This document shows positions 1 through 7,460 of a stretch of 64,000 bases of DNA, piece after piece. The DNA lies in the NCBI GenBank assembly GCA_944392175.1, contig CALXVT010000004.1, positions 10,016-74,015 on the forward strand, read 5' to 3'. Position 1 is the first letter of the stretch. Each line of letters begins with the position of its first letter. The translations under genes and the position numbers were made by a program. The notes under the pieces were generated by a model, which had not been told where the DNA came from, made no database searches, and saw only the letters and a program-made list of their open reading frames with translations. The DNA is from an uncultured Clostridia bacterium (GTDB taxonomy: Bacteria > Bacillota > Clostridia > TANB77 > CAG-508).

Positions 1-854
1 TCTTCATTAGAAAAAGTATTGTTTATAAAATTGGTTCTTAAATATTCGATTTTCGAATAATAGTATTTCTTATCATTAATTAATTTGTGAATTTCTATAA
101 AATTTACATAATTATCATTATATAATCTACATAGTTTTATAGCTTCAGATAATATTTGCTCTGCTTTATCTAGCCAAAAGGATTCACTGTTATTGGGAGA
201 AATTAGTGTAAGAATTGTTTTTAATCTATTTGCCAAAACTAGTGAATTTAAATTAGGCTTATCCAATGGATTATAAGTTTTATTAGAATTTAAACCGATA
301 ATAATTAAATCTTTTAAACGATTAAATTGTTTGGCATAATTATAAATTTGTTTATAAAAATTACCTTTAACATCTAAACACAAAATTCCTAGTTTTTCTG
401 AATTTAAATTATTTTTGTAATTTATAAGTTGTTTTGAAAAGGGATAAATTGCAGAACTTGTTTTACCACTACCAATTGTACCAGTAATTAAAATGTTTTG
501 ATAAAGAGATTTTTCTGGAATACATACATCATGATTTTCGTTAATATTATGACCAATTAACAAATATAATCCGTTTGGATTACTAGTAATTATTGTTTTT
601 GTATTTTTAACAGGTGTGCTAAAACAAGAAACAATTAAAAAGGAAACAGTAAAACTTGATATAACACATAATACAACATATATAATTTTAAAATATAACC
701 AAAAACTAGGGTATTTAGTACTAATATTAAAAGGATTAACCACAAATGAAATTACAATATTATTTGAAGTGAAAATTGGATAAAAAATTATTACATTAAA
801 AAAAATTAATAATAAAGAAATACAAAAAATGAAAAAAATTAGTTTTTTTGACAT
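1..854 (-). CDS. VirD4/TraG-like type IV coupling ATPase, 3' end truncated by the window edge
   Basis: Translated by hand (not in ORF track): GGAGG SD then ATG at 854, open to position 1. Two N-terminal hydrophobic segments, then QNILITGTIGSGKTSS (Walker A), LCLDVKG, YNPL and ESFWLDKA, all typical of the VirD4/TraG family. Confidence 0.8.
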   Translation of the reverse strand, partial: MSKKLIFFIFCISLLLIFFNVIIFYPIFTSNNIVISFVVNPFNISTKYPSFWLYFKIIYVVLCVISSFTVSFLIVSCFSTPVKNTKTIITSNPNGLYLLIGHNINENHDVCIPEKSLYQNILITGTIGSGKTSSAIYPFSKQLINYKNNLNSEKLGILCLDVKGNFYKQIYNYAKQFNRLKDLIIIGLNSNKTYNPLDKPNLNSLVLANRLKTILTLISPNNSESFWLDKAEQILSEAIKLCRLYNDNYVNFIEIHKLINDKKYYYSKIEYLRTNFINNTFSNE

Positions 855-867
855 AAAACCTCCATTG

Positions 868-1017
868 CTAATTTTCAAGTTTCTTTTTTAGTTTATGTCC
901 TTGGATATCTTGAGTTAATATAAAAGAAAAAACTGAATAAATAGAATAAAAAGTAATAAAAAAGTTAATAATAAATGAAATAAAAAATAAATTGATTAAT
1001 TGATTAATACAAATCAC
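868..1017 (-). CDS. possible small hydrophobic protein (49 aa) upstream of the VirD4-like gene
   Basis: GTG-start open frame VICINQLINLFFISFIINFF...KLKKKLEN ending just before the SD of the next gene. Could be chance in AT-rich DNA. Confidence 0.3.
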   Translation of the reverse strand: MICINQLINLFFISFIINFFITFYSIYSVFSFILTQDIQGHKLKKKLEN

Positions 1018-1116
1018 CTACCATATTTTGCATTCTACTATAAATTATTTGGAATGTCTATACTTTTTAAAGAAAATGTGATAAAATAATTTCACAAAAA
1101 TTTAGGAGGGAAGAAA

Positions 1117-1302
1117 ATGAATATAGAGAAAACAACTAAAATCGGAGAATTATTAGATACAAATCCAGAAAAAGCAGAATTATTATTAAGTGTAGGAATG
1201 CACTGCTTAGGTTGTCCTGCATCAAGAGAAGAAACTTTAGAAGAAGCATGTATGGTACATGGTATAGATGTAGAAGAATTATTAAAAGAGTTAAACAAGT
1301 AA
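1117..1302 (+). CDS. DUF1858 domain protein (hybrid-cluster-associated redox/disulfide domain)
   Basis: GMHCLGCPAS-x-ETLEEAC-x-VHG signature; AGGAGG SD. Confidence 0.9.
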   Translation: MNIEKTTKIGELLDTNPEKAELLLSVGMHCLGCPASREETLEEACMVHGIDVEELLKELNK

Positions 1303-1368
1303 AAAACAGCTAATTATTTTCTATATATTAAAAATTATAAAAAATTTTAAAAAAAATTAAAAAATGTG

Positions 1369-1397
1369 TTGACAAATGAAAAAAAACATAGTAATAT
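1369..1397 (+). promoter_or_regulatory. sigma-A promoter of the tRNA operon
   Basis: TTGACA-N17-TAATAT about 30 nt upstream of tRNA-Lys. Confidence 0.7.
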
Positions 1398-1426
1398 ATA
1401 AGAGCACTGCGGATGCAGTGCAATAT

Positions 1427-1502
1427 GGGCTATTAGCTCAGGTGGTAGAGCACTTGACTTTTAATCAAGTTGTCCCGCGTTCGAGTCGCGGATAGCTCAC
1501 CA
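1427..1502 (+). tRNA. tRNA-Lys (anticodon UUU)
   Basis: GGGCTAT/ATAGCTC acceptor stem, TAGCTCAG D-arm, CTTTTAA anticodon loop, GTTCGAG T-loop, encoded CCA; 76 nt. Confidence 0.97.
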
Positions 1503-1542
1503 AATGAATACTAAATTAAATTTAGTATTCATTTATATTTAT

Positions 1543-1617
1543 GGCCCGTTGGTCAAGCGGTTAAGACATCGCCCTTTCACGGCGGAGACATGGGTTCGAT
1601 TCCCGTACGGGTCACCA
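1543..1617 (+). tRNA. tRNA-Glu (anticodon UUC)
   Basis: GGCCCGT...ACGGGTC-A-CCA, CTTTCAC anticodon loop, GTTCGAT T-loop. Confidence 0.97.
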
Positions 1618-1628
1618 TAACGACAAAT

Positions 1629-1704
<76 letters not shown>

Positions 1705-1711
1705 TATACTT

Positions 1712-1745
1712 AAACCTAGGCTTTCAGAAGATTGTCTAGGTTTTT
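1712..1745 (+). terminator. intrinsic terminator after the tRNA operon
   Basis: AAACCTAGG...TCTAGGTTT stem followed by a T-run. Confidence 0.65.
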
Positions 1746-1886
1746 GTTTTATACAAAAGGAAAGTTTGTATAAAAATTGTTTCGTTCAAGTAGTTGTACA
1801 TAAATTTACGGTCATCCAAAGAAAATTGATAAAGTTAGTACAAATATTATTGTTACTAGTTAAAATTAATTGAAGAAGGTGAAGAT

Positions 1887-2618
1887 GTGAATAAAGTAAT
1901 ATTGATAACAGGTGCAGCCAGAGGAATAGGCAGAGATATAGCTGAAACATTGGCTAAGAATCCTGATAATATTATAATCGCTAATTATAATAAATCTGAG
2001 GAACAAGCAAAAGAAATGCAATTAAAGCTAAAAAAAGAAAATATTAATATAGAAATAATTAAGGCAGATGTTTCAAAAAGAGACGAAGTCAAAAAAATGA
2101 TAGAAGAAGTACTAAATAAATATAAAAAGATTGACGTATTAATTAATAATGCTGGGATATCACAATATAAATTGTTTAATGATATAACAGATGATGATTG
2201 GGATAATATAATTAATATTAATTTAAAATCAGCATTTATAGTATCACAAGAAGTTGTAAGAAATATGATTCAAAATAAAAGTGGTTGCATCATTAATATT
2301 TCTTCTATTTGGGGAGTAATAGGTGCTTCAATGGAAGTTGCATATTCTACATCAAAAGCTGGAGTTATAGGACTTACAAAGAGTTTGGCAAAAGAATTAG
2401 GCCCTTCGAATATTAGAGTAAATGCAATTGCACCAGGTATTATAGATACAGGAATGAATGCAAGATTTTCTGAAGATGAAATAAATAGTATTAAGGAAGA
2501 GATTCCATTAGAAAAAATTGGAAAGACTGCAGATGTTACTAGATGTGTGCAATGGCTAATAAATGATGAGTATACAACAGGCCAAGTTATTTCTATAAAT
2601 GGAGGCTGGGATATATAA
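1887..2618 (+). CDS. short-chain dehydrogenase/reductase, FabG/YmfI (EF-P 5-aminopentanone reductase)-like
   Basis: TGAARGIG, NNAG, YxxSK and NAIAPG motifs. The GASMEVAYS segment resembles YmfI-type members; FabG versus YmfI is not resolvable by eye. Confidence 0.9.
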   Translation: MNKVILITGAARGIGRDIAETLAKNPDNIIIANYNKSEEQAKEMQLKLKKENINIEIIKADVSKRDEVKKMIEEVLNKYKKIDVLINNAGISQYKLFNDITDDDWDNIININLKSAFIVSQEVVRNMIQNKSGCIINISSIWGVIGASMEVAYSTSKAGVIGLTKSLAKELGPSNIRVNAIAPGIIDTGMNARFSEDEINSIKEEIPLEKIGKTADVTRCVQWLINDEYTTGQVISINGGWDI

Positions 2619-2640
2619 TTACTAGAAATAAAGTTTTTTA

Positions 2641-2747
2641 TAAGAAAAATGGCTTTATCACATGTGCAGATTGCTTCGCAATCGCACAAATATTGGCAAC
2701 TTAACTTTGTTGTATAGTAAAGATTTGGAGATTTTTACTATACAATA
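2641..2747 (-). repeat. 107-bp dispersed hairpin repeat, copy 1
   Basis: Reverse complement aligns without gaps to 6168-6274 at 88/107 identity (counted by hand). Confidence 0.9.
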
Positions 2748-2774
2748 ATAAAAAGACGACTTGCAAGTCGCCTC
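2746..2774 (-). terminator. intrinsic terminator of the CBM gene
   Basis: Minus strand reads GAGGCGACTTGCAAGTCGTCTTTTT. Confidence 0.7.
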
Positions 2775-2849
2775 AAAAGAAGGAATTTTATTTTATAAAA
2801 ATTGGTATTAACTATTTTTAAAGCACCATGTATAATCATGGTGCTAAAA

Positions 2850-3329
2850 TTATTTTATAGAGTTATCTTCTTCTACAGTAGATGTGCCAGTATTAAATGC
2901 AAATAATTTTGGTAAATATTTTATGGCAGCAATTACTGAATATTTAATTTTTTTCCAATAAAAATATGTTTTACGTAATTTATGTGGTTTTGCTAAACTT
3001 GCTTCTTTAACAACAATTAAATCTTTTGGTAAAGGTGCAAGTTCAAAAATATAATTTTTACCACCATTATTATCCCATTCATTATTAGAATTTTTAAAAC
3101 AGAAATTTAATGAATCATGTCCGTCTAAATATATTAAAGCTTGATATCCCAAGTCTGTTTTTTCCATTTTTATTTCATTAACATTTTCCCATAATAAACC
3201 AAATCCATAATGGATATATAAATCTGTATTTGAACCATCTTGGAAAAACTTACCTGTATACGAAATCTTTACAACAGAATTTTCTATTAATTTATCTGTA
3301 TTAAAGAAAATATTTTTAACTAATTCCAT
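2850..3329 (-). CDS. starch/glycogen-binding module protein (CBM25/CBM53-like)
   Basis: YIHYGFG..WEN...M......LNFCFKN...WDNN.G.NY pattern of starch-binding domains. Preceded by TTGAAT-N17-TATAAT (3397-3369). Confidence 0.75.
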   Translation of the reverse strand: MELVKNIFFNTDKLIENSVVKISYTGKFFQDGSNTDLYIHYGFGLLWENVNEIKMEKTDLGYQALIYLDGHDSLNFCFKNSNNEWDNNGGKNYIFELAPLPKDLIVVKEASLAKPHKLRKTYFYWKKIKYSVIAAIKYLPKLFAFNTGTSTVEEDNSIK

Positions 3330-3422
3330 ATCGCATTTCTCCTCATTTATCTTTTGATTATCACAACTATTATATTATTAAGTTTTACAATATTCAATAG
3401 TTTTTTACAAAAAAATGTAAAT

Positions 3423-3998
3423 TTATTGTATAATTTTTCCTATTATATAAAATTTATCTTTATCTGTAATTTTTATACTTTCGTATTTAGGATTATCTGC
3501 ATGTAAAAATAGATATTTACCATGATATAAGAAGAGTCTTCTTATTAAAATTTTACCATTAAAATAAAATAGACCAACATCGTCAAAATCAATTGGTGTA
3601 CCAATATCTACAAAAACATATGTGTCTTTATCAAAAGTTTGATTCATTGAATCATCTGTTATAAGCAATCCAAAAGATGCTGAAGTTAATCCAGAAGGAC
3701 ATTTCATAAAATGTAAATCATTAATATCATCTACCAATAAAATTCGATCATCAGATTTGTATTTTAAGTAATTGTATTTTTCTTGATCTTTATTTAATTC
3801 TCTTCCTAAAACAGAAAGAACATTTTGGTAAGGAACATCAAGATAATCACATAAATCTAATAAAAGTTTAAGACTTGGAGTCCTTTCAGCTTTTTCTATA
3901 TGTGTTAAGTATCCTGGATCAATTTTTAAAGCTTTTGCTATTTTTTTCTTTGTTAATTTTCTGCTTTCTCGCATGTGTTTTAAATATTTTCCTAACAT
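3423..3998 (-). CDS. XRE-family HTH regulator with C-terminal S24 (LexA/CI-like) domain
   Basis: N-terminal HTH (YLTHIEKAERTPS); C-terminal DDSM...D.G.F...LHADNPKY pattern. Confidence 0.85.
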   Translation of the reverse strand: MLGKYLKHMRESRKLTKKKIAKALKIDPGYLTHIEKAERTPSLKLLLDLCDYLDVPYQNVLSVLGRELNKDQEKYNYLKYKSDDRILLVDDINDLHFMKCPSGLTSASFGLLITDDSMNQTFDKDTYVFVDIGTPIDFDDVGLFYFNGKILIRRLFLYHGKYLFLHADNPKYESIKITDKDKFYIIGKIIQ

Positions 3999-4126
3999 AT
4001 AATCTACCTCAATTAGATTATATAGAACTATAAAAAAAAAGTCTACTATTGACGAAATAAATATTGAAAATAAAGTTATATTGTGGTATATCTGTATATA
4101 TATATTATTATTAAGGGGAGTATAAT

Positions 4127-5938
4127 ATGTTAAAACTTAAAGAGGAAAAAAATAAGATAGAAGAAAAGGAATCAAAAGATATTCCTAAAAAATCTAGCAA
4201 GAAAAAAGTAGTAATAATTGCAATTATAATTATACTATTAATTTTAGCAATTTGCAGTACAGTATTTGGCTTAGCAAATATGAATAGTGACAAAATTGCG
4301 CAAGGAATATCAATTGGTAACGTAGATGTTTCTGGAAAGACCAAAGCTGAAGCAAAAGCTTTGTTGGAGCAAAAAACTGAAACTAAGAAAACGGAAGATT
4401 TAAAAATAAAAACTAATGTAAAAACAGAAGAAGATAAAGATTTTTCAGGAAATATTAGTTTTGAACAATTAAAACTAGATTACAATATAGATGAATCAAT
4501 AGAAAAAGCATTTCAAATTGGTAGGGATAGTAATGTAGTTGTAAACAATTTTAATGTGCTAAAAACATTTTTCCAAAAAAATAATAGCGACATAGTTTAT
4601 AATTATGATCAAGAAGAACTAGAAAATCAAATTGAAAGTATTAATGGAAAAATTCCTGGTGCTGTTAAGGAAAGTAGTTACTATGTTGATAAAGATGAAA
4701 AAGAATTAGTAATTACAAGAGGAGAAAAAGGAATTAGAATAAATCCAGATATTGTTAAAGAAGAAGTGGAAAATGAAATAAAAAATGTGGATACTAGTGA
4801 AAAAGAAATAGATTTATCAACAGAAGAAAAGGAACCAGAACCAATAGATTTAGACAAAGTTTATTCTGAAGTACATACTGAACCAAAAGATGCATATTAT
4901 ACAAAAGATCCGTTTACATTATATCCACATGTGGATGGAATAGATTTTGATATTTCTATGGAAGAAGCTAAAAAATTATTAGAAGAAAATAAAGAAGAAT
5001 ATGTAATCCCATTAAAAATTACAAAACCAGATATTACTACAGATGAAATAGGATCTGAAGGATTTCCGGATTTGTTGGGAACATATAAAACATATTATAA
5101 TTCTTCTAATAAAGATAGAACAACAAACTTAAGACTTGCATCAAATAAAATTGATGGAACAGTTTTAATGCCAGGAGAAACATTTTCATATAACAAAGTT
5201 GTAGGAGAAAGAACAATTGCTGCTGGATACAAGGAAGCTCCAATCTATGCTGGAGGAAAAGTTGTTGATGGAATAGGTGGAGGAATTTGCCAAGTTTCAT
5301 CTACATTATATAACGCAGTTATTTTTGCAAATTTAGATATTGTAAGTAGAACAAATCACCGTTTTGTTCCATCATATGTAACAGCTGGAAGAGATGCTAC
5401 AGTTGTATATGGTTCAATAGATTTTAAATTTAAAAATACTAGAAAATATCCTATAAAAATAGAAAGTTCTGTAAGTGGTGGAGTGGCTAAAGTATCTATT
5501 TATGGAATGAAAGAAGAAAAGGAATATGATGTAAAAATAGAAACAAAAATTACTGGAAGCATTCCAACAAAAACAGTTTATGAAGAAGACAGTACTCTAG
5601 CTGCAGGAAAGGAAAAAGTAGTTCAAAAAGGACATAAAGGAACTTATAGTGAAGCGTATAAAGTTGTTTATTATAACGGAAAAGTTGTTTCTAGAACATT
5701 ACTTTCTAAAGATAAATACAGCGCTATGGAAACAATTATAAAAAAGGGAACTAAAAATAAGAAAGAAGAGAACAAAGATACTAATAAAGATAAAGAAGAA
5801 AATAAAAAACCAACTAAACCTTCTACAGATAATAAAGATGACGAAAAAGAAGATAATAAAAAACCGGCAGACAATAAACCAAGCGAAGGTGAAGAACCAA
5901 CAAAGAATGAAGTTAAAACAGAAGAGCCAAAAGCTTAA
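4127..5938 (+). CDS. VanW-family cell-wall protein with G5 domain and charged tail
   Basis: N-terminal TM; FSYNKVVGERT..GY, GGGICQVSSTLYNA and GRDATV VanW motifs; G5-like VVQKGHKG; K/E/D-rich tail. Confidence 0.9.
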   Translation: MLKLKEEKNKIEEKESKDIPKKSSKKKVVIIAIIIILLILAICSTVFGLANMNSDKIAQGISIGNVDVSGKTKAEAKALLEQKTETKKTEDLKIKTNVKTEEDKDFSGNISFEQLKLDYNIDESIEKAFQIGRDSNVVVNNFNVLKTFFQKNNSDIVYNYDQEELENQIESINGKIPGAVKESSYYVDKDEKELVITRGEKGIRINPDIVKEEVENEIKNVDTSEKEIDLSTEEKEPEPIDLDKVYSEVHTEPKDAYYTKDPFTLYPHVDGIDFDISMEEAKKLLEENKEEYVIPLKITKPDITTDEIGSEGFPDLLGTYKTYYNSSNKDRTTNLRLASNKIDGTVLMPGETFSYNKVVGERTIAAGYKEAPIYAGGKVVDGIGGGICQVSSTLYNAVIFANLDIVSRTNHRFVPSYVTAGRDATVVYGSIDFKFKNTRKYPIKIESSVSGGVAKVSIYGMKEEKEYDVKIETKITGSIPTKTVYEEDSTLAAGKEKVVQKGHKGTYSEAYKVVYYNGKVVSRTLLSKDKYSAMETIIKKGTKNKKEENKDTNKDKEENKKPTKPSTDNKDDEKEDNKKPADNKPSEGEEPTKNEVKTEEPKA

Positions 5939-5963
5939 ATTAATAAGAAAATAATGATAAAAA

Positions 5964-5997
5964 ACTCCTTTAAATAAAATTAAGGGAGCTTTTTTAT
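5964..5997 (+). terminator. intrinsic terminator after the vanW-like gene
   Basis: CTCCTTT...AAGGGAG stem plus T-run. Confidence 0.65.
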
Positions 5998-6007
5998 TGT
6001 TAAAGTA

Positions 6008-6037
6008 TTGACAAAAAGCGAATTACAGTATTATACT
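6008..6037 (+). promoter_or_regulatory. sigma-A promoter of tRNA-Lys(CUU)
   Basis: TTGACA-N18-TATACT. Confidence 0.65.
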
Positions 6038-6053
6038 ATTTAAGTAACTTAAT

Positions 6054-6129
6054 GCACCACTAGCTCAGCTGGTAGAGCAGCTGACTCTTAATCAGAAGGT
6101 CCAGGGTTCGACTCCCTGGTGGTGCACCA
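6054..6129 (+). tRNA. tRNA-Lys (anticodon CUU)
   Basis: GCACCAC/GTGGTGC acceptor stem, CTCTTAA anticodon loop, GTTCGAC T-loop, encoded CCA; 76 nt. Confidence 0.97.
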
Positions 6130-6133
6130 AACT

Positions 6134-6168
6134 AAAAGTAGGCAATTCTTTGAAATGCCTACTTTTTT
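6134..6168 (+). terminator. intrinsic terminator after tRNA-Lys(CUU)
   Basis: AAAAGTAGGCA...TGCCTACTTTTTT. Confidence 0.8.
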
Positions 6169-6274
6169 ATTGTATAGGAAAAATCGCCAGATTTTTCCTA
6201 TACAACAAGTTTAAGTTACATATGATAGTTCGATTGCGAAGCAATCTGTACATGTGGCGAAGCCACTTTTCTTA
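6168..6274 (+). repeat. 107-bp dispersed hairpin repeat, copy 2
   Basis: Perfect 16-bp stem (6170-6205) plus GATTGC-GAA-GCAATC and GTGGC-GAA-GCCAC hairpins; homologous to 2641-2747. Confidence 0.9.
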
Positions 6275-6318
6275 TTGCTTATATATTTATTAAATATTTT
6301 AAACATTTTTAATAGGTT

Positions 6319-6340
6319 AGTGTGTCAAAAAGTGTGTCAA
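6319..6340 (+). repeat. tandem 10-bp direct repeat AGTGTGTCAA x2 (possible integrase arm-type sites)
   Basis: AGTGTGTCAA at 6319 and 6331. The function is inference. Confidence 0.5.
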
Positions 6341-6488
6341 GATTTTAGTAAATTATTTAATTTTTCAGTGGAATTTTTTTATGTTACTAAAAAAACTAGA
6401 CCAGTCTTAAAAACTAATCTAGTTTCTCTCCTTTTAGGACAATAAATGCGATTTTTTATTAATATATATTATATGCTTTTAAGAAAAA

Positions 6489-6881
6489 TTAGTCAATACC
6501 TAATCTTTCTTTTAAAGCTTCTTGCAATACTTGTGAAAAATTAATATTATTTTTTTCAGCTAAATGATTTAACCATTCTGGTATAGTTAATGTCTTTTTA
6601 ATAGCTTTGTTATTAAATTTTTTACGATATTCATCCATATCAATGCTTACCAATGAAATAAATTGATTTTTTTCTAAAGTAATGTTTGAAAAATCTAATG
6701 TTGGTTTAGGAAAATTAGTTAAATCATCTAAATATAGTCCCATAGCATCCTGAGCCATTAAATAAGCATTTTGAATACTGCCCCCAAAAGTTGAACATCC
6801 ATTTAAATCAATAAAGTCAACATTATAACATTTACCATCGTAAGTAAATATTGCTGGAAAGACAGTTAGTTGATTTTTCAT
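6489..6881 (-). CDS. hicB: HicB-family antitoxin
   Basis: FPAIF...Y.V.F.DL.GC.T.G....A..MA.DAMGL and a C-terminal KKTLTIP.WL...AE..N.NFSQ.LQEAL DNA-binding segment. Confidence 0.92.
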   Translation of the reverse strand: MKNQLTVFPAIFTYDGKCYNVDFIDLNGCSTFGGSIQNAYLMAQDAMGLYLDDLTNFPKPTLDFSNITLEKNQFISLVSIDMDEYRKKFNNKAIKKTLTIPEWLNHLAEKNNINFSQVLQEALKERLGID

Positions 6882-7009
6882 TATTATACCTCCAAATTAA
6901 TAATAATATAGAAAGGAGAAAAATTTGCATAGCAAATAAGCCTATTAATAAATTTTATAAAATTAAAGCATCCTCCTCAAAAAGCTAAAATTTTATTTGG
7001 AAGGGCTAA

Positions 7010-7187
7010 TTACTTTAGCCCTGTCCTTTTAAGAATTGCTTCAGCTGTTCCGATTGGAAGCTCCTTATTATGTATAGGAATTATCTCAATTTGATTCCCG
7101 TTTTCTCATCTTTAAATGAGAACCTTTTTGAGATACTTCTCGCCAACCATTTTGCTTTAGCAATTTGATTAGCTTTTTGCTACGCAT
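7010..7187 (-). pseudogene. hicA: HicA-family toxin with a +1 frameshift
   Basis: AGGAGG SD, then MRSKKLIKLLKQNGWREVSQKGSHLKMRK. One extra base near 7100-7104 gives a premature TGA (7086-7088); the shifted frame continues GNQIEIIPIHNKELPIGTAEAILKRTGLK*. Span is 178 nt = 177 + 1. Confidence 0.88.
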
Positions 7188-7211
7188 TTATTGTCCTCCT
7201 TTCTGTAAATT

Positions 7212-7240
7212 ATTATACCACGTATTAATACGTATGTAAA
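7212..7240 (-). promoter_or_regulatory. hicAB promoter with palindromic operator
   Basis: TTTACA-N17-TATAAT with the perfect palindrome ACGTATTAATACGT (7220-7233) in the spacer. Confidence 0.75.
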
Positions 7241-7320
7241 TGCTTTTTTTAAAATTATCAACAATTAAAAAAATAATAAATTAGTAAGAATGAAAAACAA
7301 TAAGTATGTAAAATTAAATA

Positions 7321-7358
7321 ACTCTTAATTAGAATGTTCAGGTTTCGATTCATTAGTG
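7321..7358 (+). repeat. degenerate duplicate of the tRNA-Lys(CUU) 3' half (att-site remnant)
   Basis: ACTCTTAATTAGAATGTTCAGGTTTCGATTCATTAGTG versus tRNA 6084-6121: 30/38 identical without gaps, starting at the anticodon loop. Confidence 0.8.
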
Positions 7359-7360
7359 AC

Positions 7361-7392
7361 AAAAAAGCAAGAATAAAAATTCTTGCTTTTTT
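7361..7392. terminator. bidirectional intrinsic terminator
   Basis: AAAAAAGCAAGAAT-N4-ATTCTTGCTTTTTT. Confidence 0.8.
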
Positions 7393-7460
7393 GTTGTTCT
7401 CTTAATTTGAAAATATCACTGGCAATTATAGTTCTGCCAATAAACCGTTTATAGAAAATA

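Larger units (their letters stand above)
6130..7358. mobile_element. decayed integrative islet at tRNA-Lys(CUU), no integrase left, carrying hicAB
   Basis: Bounded by the tRNA and a degenerate copy of its 3' half (7321-7358). Contains tandem direct repeats (arm-site-like) and a TA pair. Confidence 0.7.

Noticed and set aside
6254-6445. 63-aa ORF inside the tRNA islet
   Set aside because: It runs across the dispersed repeat and the direct repeats, has no SD and no recognisable motif.
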